Shown: positions 57,422 to 64,000 of the stretch, piece after piece | Numbering within the stretch: the first letter of the stretch is position 1 | How the letters are laid out: each line of letters starts with the position of its first letter | Assembly: GCA_025594325.1 (NCBI GenBank) | Contig: JANHCV010000001.1 | Location: 1,488,001 to 1,552,000, forward strand | From: Blastocladiella emersonii ATCC 22665 | Taxonomy: Eukaryota > Fungi > Blastocladiomycota | Length of the DNA: 64,000 nucleotides | Direction of reading: 5' to 3' | The notes under the pieces: model-generated | The model's input: the letters and a program-made list of their open reading frames with translations, nothing else | Databases searched by the model: none | Told to the model about the DNA's origin: nothing | Program-made: the position numbers and the translations under genes

Positions 57422-58811
57422 ATGTTCACCCGCCGCCGCAAGGACTCGGGTCCGTCGCCCGCCATCGCCGCGCTGGCCGTGGCCGCGAGCTCGGCCGACG
57501 CGCTGCCACCACCACCGCCGTCTGCGCCGGTCGCTGGAACGGGTTCTGAGATGGACGCTGCGGATGCGAGCGCGAGCAGCAACCCGCTCAAACGCTTCTC
57601 GTGGAAGCGCATCAAGGCCGCCGCCATCACGCTGGCGTCACGCGAGCCCAGGAAGGAGACGTCGTCGTCGCGCGTCGACACGGGCACGCTCTCGCCCGAC
57701 ACATCGGCTCGCCCAGCGGCACCTGCCATCGGGTCCACCGCCGCGCCCGAACCGAGCACCGCGCTCAGCGACTCGGGTGTCCCTGTCGTCCTCAAGACGC
57801 TCCGCCGCACCGAATCGGACCCGAGCACCAGTCCCGCACCTTCTTCAACGACACCCAGTGGCCGCCCGCTGAGCGTCTCGGGTTCGCGGTGGGGTACGTC
57901 GCGCGAGATCGAGATCCTGGCCATGCTCGCCGACGCCAAGGACCGCGACGCCAAGGCCTTCCGCCACGTCGTGGCACCGCGCGACGTGTACATCAACGAG
58001 CTCGGCGAGAACGTGGTCGTGTTCGACGCCTACCTCGAGCTCCCGTTGCGCGACATGCCGCTGCGCCGCGCGGCCGAGCTCACGCGCCAGCTGCTCTCGG
58101 TGCGCAATCTTTGCATCCCGACTGTACCCCTCGCCATGACTGATCTTGCACCGCGAGTAGGCCCTCGCTGCCGTCCACTCGCTCAGCATCTGCCACCTCG
58201 ACGTCAACCCGTCCAACCTGATGCAGGACGCCAAGGGCAACCTGATCCTCATCGATTTTGGCCTCGCGCGCGTGTGCGACGGGACGCCGCACCCGCCCGG
58301 CCGCGGCACGCGCGGGTACATTGCCCCCGAGCTGTTCCCGCCCAAGGTGTGCCACTCAACGTCGCCCGACCTGTACTCCGCGGGGATCGTGATCGGCCAG
58401 CTGCTCGAGCCGTACCTGGCCCACTGCAACCTGCGCATCCTCGGCGGGTCCGCGTCGTACCCGTTCCACGTCGAGGAGGTGTGGCAGGCCGTGCGCGAGT
58501 TTGTGGAGATGGACGCGCTCACCAACGACGACCTGTTCCCACCCGTCCTCCAGCTCGCCGCCGACCTGCTCCTGCGCCTGCTCACCTCGTCCACGCCGTC
58601 CACGCCGTCGCCCGGCCACCGCTACCTCCGCCTCTCGGCCGCCCAGGCCCTCCAGCACCCGTGGCTCGCCGTCCTCGACTCGCCCAACCTCGCGGAGGCC
58701 AGCTTCCGCCACCTCACGCCCAACGAGTGGCGGTTACGCCGCGCCGGCGAGCAGCTCCGCGAACGTCAGCGCCGCCGCGGCGTCGACTTTTCGCGCATCG
58801 TTGGCTATTGA
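57422..58811 (+). CDS. Atypical Ser/Thr protein kinase
   Basis: VVLK, REIEIL, HLDVNPSN, LIDFGLA, GTRGYIAPE and DLYSAG. Intron 58100-58160. Confidence 0.85.
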
Positions 58812-59020
58812 CCACGTATACACGTATTGTCGCTTCATCCGTCCCTCTCAGTATACCCCTTTCGTGTCACATCCCTGAGCTGGCCGGCCGCGGTGACTTG
58901 GTAACTGTGAGAGGGTTGGTCGCGGTCACGGCCACGGCCGCTGACCAAGGCTCGCGGCCTCTCCCCTCTGCTCTCCACCCTCGCGCGCCGACCTGAACGG
59001 CGGCACCCACACATCCTGCA

Positions 59021-60269
59021 ATGAACTCTTCAAAGACAGTCAATGATCGGAAACCAAATGCCGTTGAGAAACCGAAACCAGCGGCGCTGAAGTCGCTCGA
59101 CATCGACGGCGTCGCTGACTTCATCAAGTCCGGCCTCGCCAAGCGCATCGTCGTCATGGCAGGAGCTGGGATCAGCACGAGCTGTGGCATAGCTGACTTC
59201 CGGTCTCCGGGGACAGGCCTGTACGATAACCTGCAAAAGTACAGCCTCCCGCACCCTATGGACATCTTCGACCTCGAATACTTTGAAGAGAACCCTCGCC
59301 CGTTCTTTGACCTCGCCAAGGAGCTGTACCCGGGCAACTTCAAGGTACGCTCGCCACATAGCCCTTGGTGATAGAGCGTTCCGAGCGACCAGTTCTGATC
59401 CCTCGCCCGCGTAGCCGTCCCGCACGCACTTCTTCCTCAAACTGCTCGCCAACAAGGGCCTGCTGCACGTACTCATGTCGCAGAACATTGACACGCTCGA
59501 GTCCGTGGCGGGGATCCCGCGCGAGCTCGTGGTCGAGGCGCACGGCAGCTTCGCGCGCGCGACGTGTCTCGCGTGCTTCCACGAGGTGGACGCCGATGCC
59601 ATCAAGCCGCACGTCTTCGCGGGCAAGGTGCCCATGTGCGCCAAGTGCGAGGTCGGCGTCGTGAAGCCCAACATCATCTTCTTTGGCGAGGCGCTCCCGC
59701 AGGCGTTCCACACGGCCGCCAACGACCGCGTCCCGCAGGCCGACCTCCTGCTCGTCCTCGGCACGAGCCTCAAGGTCGCGCCGTTCAACTCGCTCGTCGA
59801 TTTCGTCGAGCGGGATATCCCGCGCGTCCTGATCAACCGCGAGCGTGTTGGCGATGTACGTCTGCGACTGTGAACGTGGTGTTGCGCTCAATGCTCACGA
59901 TTTGCTCGATTGTAGTACGGCAACGGGACCCTCGGCTTCGACTTTGAGGGCAAGCGGCAAAAGATCCGCCGCGACGTGTTCCTGCCCGGCTCGTGCGACG
60001 ACGTGGTCACGGAGCTGTGCGAGTTGCTTGGGTGGAAGGTCCGTCACAACCGAATCCGCAACATGAGCGCGAGGCTAACTGCTCGCGCGCCGTACCGTGT
60101 GTAGGACGACCTGATCGCGCTCGAGACCGACTTTGACCTGACCAGCGCGTTCGGCAAGGTCTCGCTCGGATCCGACGACGAGGACGAGGATGCGAGCGAG
60201 GAGAAGGGCGATGACGAAGAGGCGGCCAAGCAGGAGGAGAGCGACGAGGACACTCGCTCGACGGAATGA
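59021..60269 (+). CDS. HST2: Class I sirtuin (Hst2/SIRT2-like)
   Basis: [52 protein letters not shown] and LINRE. Three introns. Confidence 0.92.
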
Positions 60270-60306
60270 CGGACGAAATAAGTCTAAACGGTTTCTATTT
60301 ATCAAT

Positions 60307-61934
60307 CTAGTACATGATCTTGTGCATGGCCTGCACGTTCTTGATGGCCTGCGAGCCCTCGATGACCGTGATGACCTTGGGCTGGCGCTTCTGCCTACAC
60401 GCACACGCGAATACACCAGGTCAGTTCGACCACATCGAGCGACGGTGAACAGAACGTACAGAATGACGTTGGTCCGGCCGTTGACGACGAACAGCGGATT
60501 CGCCTCCTCCATGATGTGCTCCTGGACGCTGATGCCGTCGAGGTACGCCTTGAGGACGGCGCGCAGCGACTCGTTCTCGCGCGCCAGCTTCTCGCGGCGG
60601 GCCTCGAGCGCGAGCTTGTCGAGCAGCACCTTGTTGTACCGCTTCTGGAACTTTTCGAGGACCAGCTTGTCGCGCAGGGCACGCGTGATGGGCTCAATGG
60701 GCGGGTGCGCCGGGTCGTCGTCCTCGTCGTCCTCGTCGAGCTCGGTCACGGCTTCCTCGATGCGCGCGGGCAGGCCGCCCGTGCTGGTGACCGAGGCCGA
60801 CGCGGCCGAGGTGGCAGCCGCGGCGGTGGCGGCGCTGTTGGCGTTGGCCTCGCGCTCCATGGACCACAATAGCTTCTCCTCCTGGGTCTCGAGCTTGGAG
60901 TTCATTTCGCCGAGCTTGATGATCTTCTCTGCGAGGGAGACCTGCTTCTCGAGCTGCTTGGACGAGACGTTGGCGAGGCGGGTGAGCTCGATGAGCTTGC
61001 GCTTCTCCTCGTCGCGGTAGCCGTTCATCTTGCGCTTGAGTGCCTGGAAGTCGACGACGACGCGCTCCTTGGCAGCCTTGAGGGCGGAGATGGCGTGCTC
61101 GGCCTCCTTGGCGTTGGTGCCGAGGCGCAGCTTGAAGCTCGAGATCATCTCGGACAGCTTGGCGAGCTTGCGCAGCTGGGTCTCGATGAGGGTAGCGCTC
61201 AGCTCGTCCTTGGCCTTGAGGTCCTCGAACTGCTTCTTGCGCTCGTCGGTGGCGGCGTTGTAGTTGGCGAGGGCGACCTGGAACTGGCGCCACAGGTCCT
61301 CGATGGTGCCCTCGAGCTGGATGCGCAGGGCGTGCTTCTCCTCGAGGTTCTTGTTCTTGACGTCGTCGCGCGACGACTGGTACTCGTGGCGCGCGTCAGC
61401 CTCGGTCTCGGAAAAGTCCTGGTCCATGCGGTAGATGACGCCGAGAATGTCGTTCTTCTCCTTGACGTGCTGGGCCTGCAGGCGCACGCGCTCGGACCCG
61501 AACTCGAGCTCGAGGTCCTTTTTCTCGATGTCGTAGTCGCGCTCGAGCGCGTCGAGCCGCGCGTACTGCAGGTCGAGCAGGTTGTCGAGGTTCTGGAAGT
61601 GGGCCTGGTACGCGGCGTCGTACTGGTCGTCGGCCTCGTGCAGGGTCTGGGCGGCCGTGGCCACGGCGTGGTTCTTGCGGTCGACGTGGCGCTCGTGGAC
61701 CTGGCGCAGCACCTCGAGCTGCTGCAGCAGGGCCTCGGACTTGACGCGCTTCATGAGCTCGCGCCACTGGCCGGCGATCTTGAGCTGGTTGAGCTTGGCG
61801 GCGCGCATCTCGCGGTCAAAGACGGCCTTGCGCCGCGCCAGCTGCTGCTCGGCGTACTTGCGCCGCTGCTCCTCGGTCTTGAGCATGTCGGCCTCGGTCT
61901 TGACGACCCCGGCCGACTTTTTCTTCTTTGCCAT
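60307..61934 (-). CDS. DRC2: Dynein regulatory complex subunit 2 (CCDC65)
   Basis: Coiled coil with QWRELMKRVK, NLEEKHALRIQLEGTIEDLWRQFQ and KIIKLGEMNSKLETQEEK, matching CCDC65 from recall. One intron near the 3' end. Confidence 0.88.
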
Positions 61935-62499
61935 GGTGTTAACGTCTTGCTGAGAGTGCTGCTACTGCTGCATGGGGCTGCCAGAGCCGTATCGTCGAGA
62001 GCAAGAGCGAGAATGTGGCGCGGCGCGAAACGTCTCGCGGATCAAGCCTCGCTCTCGCGCCGCACAGGTGAGCGAACGTGACGCAGAGTGTCTCCCGCCG
62101 CGCGCGCTATTTCGGGTCTCAGCAGAGTTCGGGCAGCAACCACCTCCGCGCGCCGCGCCTCCTTTCGCGCCCGCGCCGACTCGCTGCAACGCATCGCACG
62201 CACGCCAGGGACTGATTCCGCGCTCCCCTTCCGCTTCGGGACGTGAGTGTGATCCCGACCAAGCGACCATCGCTCGCCGCCGTGAGCCACACCACCCGCG
62301 ACTACGCCACCCCGCACCTGCTACACCTGCGCCCCCCTTTTGTGGTGTTCCCTGCCGGGTCCCCGAAGATTCCCGTACACTCGCCTGCGCGCCACGGCGA
62401 CATTCCCATCGCGGCGAACCCTTCCTCTCTCCCGCACTGCCCCGATCACCACCCGCAACTGCAACGTAACGCACGCAACTCAGCTCCATCGGCGCATCC

Positions 62500-64000
62500 A
62501 TGTCGACGGCCGCACCGCCACTACCGCAACCACCACGATCGCCCGTCGCCGGCGCGCCCGCGGCGACCCCGTCGTCGTCGAGCAAGCGGCAGCGCGATCC
62601 CGACGCGGGCGACGCGCATGGCGGAAAGGAGTCTTCGGCCAAGTACGCCTTAAGCCTGCGTAACCGCGATCAGGGATGAACCACGGCTAACCCGTCCCCG
62701 ATCGACCGCGTCTAGACGCTCCAGCATCGTCGGTGCTCCGCGGCCCGATGCCGACCCGGAAACCGCGCCCGCACCGTCATCGCGCTCGCTCCGCGGCGCG
62801 TCCTCGTCGCGCCTGAGCGTCGGTAAGTCGCCCGCGGCGCTGCGAGCCGCCGCACGCCGCCGGTCCACGCCCGTCAAGGCGGCTGCTGCATCGCCGGCGG
62901 CGACGGGTGCAAACCGCATGTCCATGGCGTTCGTGTGGCCCTCGAGCCCCGCGAAACCGTCGCCGCTCGCCAGCGAGTCGGGATGGACCTGGCCCGCGGC
63001 GTTCCCGAGCTCGGCGACGGCGGCAGCAGCGCCCGCATCCTCGTCGGCGCCCGTCAACCCGTTGCCCGTGATCCCCGGGTTCCAGGTCGTCGATGGCGAC
63101 GCCGTCTCGTCGTCGGATGACGAGGACGACGACGACGACGACGACGACGACGAGGCGCTCGCCGCACCACCACTGGTCCCCGCGCCGCCCGAGATCCCCG
63201 CCGAGCTGCCGAGCGACCCCGCCACGCTCGAGGCCCTGTACCGCGCGCAGATGCTGAGCGAGAGCGCCGCCATCGAGGCGCAGGCGCAGCTGCGCAAGTT
63301 TGCGCGCGGCACCGCCGCCGCCACCGCGAAACCCGTCACGCCCGGCCGCCCGCGCGGCTGGCTGATGCGGCCGCGCAGCGGCATGCCCCCGCCGCCGGCG
63401 TCCGAGCCCGAGCACCCGAACGAGCCCGTCTCCGCAGCCGTCGACTCGGCGTACGCGTCGTCGGCCGACATGTCGCTTGAGAGCGCACTGCACCAGCTCG
63501 AGGTGTCGCAGCAGTCGATCCGCGGGCTGACGTCCATGGCGCGCGAGCTGCAGGCGCGCAACGCCGAGCTCGATGCCGCGCACCGCGCCGCCGCCGCCCA
63601 GCTCGTCGCCGCCGAGGCCGACCTCGAGACCATGCGCCGCCGCGCCACCCGCATGGCCGACGCCGAGAAGCGGCTCCGCGGCCACGTCGAGACCCTCGAG
63701 TCGCAGCTCCGCGACAACGACCTCCAGCTCACCTCGGCGTCGTCGGGCGCGCACCGACTGCATGGCGAAACCGCCAAGCTGCGCGCGACCAACGCCAAGC
63801 TGCTCGACGAGATCGAGGAGGCCCGCGCCAGTCTCGCCGCCGCCCAGGCATCGGCCGACGACGCGCGCAAGCACGCCGACGCCGAGGCCGCGTCGGTCCG
63901 CCGCGCGCTCGCCCTCGCGGTCGGCGAGCGCGACCAGTGCTGGCGCAAGGTCGACGAGCTGCGCCAGGAGAACGAGATGCTGCGCCGTAAACTGGCCAAA
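62500..64000 (+). CDS. Uncharacterised protein (low-complexity N-terminus, poly-Asp, coiled coil); runs off the window
   Basis: ATG at 62500, a GTACGC...CTAG intron at ~62643-62715, then an open frame with GC3-rich codons to the window end. The listed minus-strand ORF 62650-63999 is its antisense shadow. Confidence 0.7.

Noticed and set aside
96-64000. Many long overlapping or antisense ORFs (e.g. 15766-17409, 28967-31339, 34201-36339, 43139-44956, 61095-62081, 62650-63999)
   Set aside because: These are shadow frames expected from very high GC3 in real genes. They are Arg/Ala/Gly-rich and carry no motifs.

Overview
GC-rich, gene-dense eukaryotic DNA with mostly short introns (about 55-75 nt; 5' splice sites GTRCGY or GTCCG). 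A flagellar dynein-regulatory gene (DRC2/CCDC65) alongside fungal-type housekeeping genes suggests a zoosporic early-diverging fungus, Allomyces/Blastocladiomycota-like (inference). I identify about 26 protein-coding genes: an ATRIP/Rad26-like gene, a P450, NAS2, PTC1, PPP4R1, KAR3, COX23, ZNG1/CobW, DIB1, SGT1, LSM2, YDJ1, UTP17/WDR75, an FAD monooxygenase, PhoD, NOP10, DCN1, SNF4, FAB1, PEX7, MGMT, a class C GPCR, a CoA-transferase, an atypical kinase, a sirtuin, DRC2 and a partial coiled-coil gene. Four visibly lower-GC islands hold LRR genes or relics and unexplained sequence. Two items stand out. (1) A U6 snRNA (minus strand, about 4115-4228) whose 3' module (GAGTGGAAGCATC-N5-GATGC-GAA-T7-10 plus flank) recurs five more times in a degenerate ~160-bp A/B tandem array, with a covarying hairpin in two units. 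(2) A class C GPCR with a Bmp/PnrA ligand-binding domain, a Kelch propeller and a 7TM domain. All calls come from motif recognition by eye; no database searches were run.
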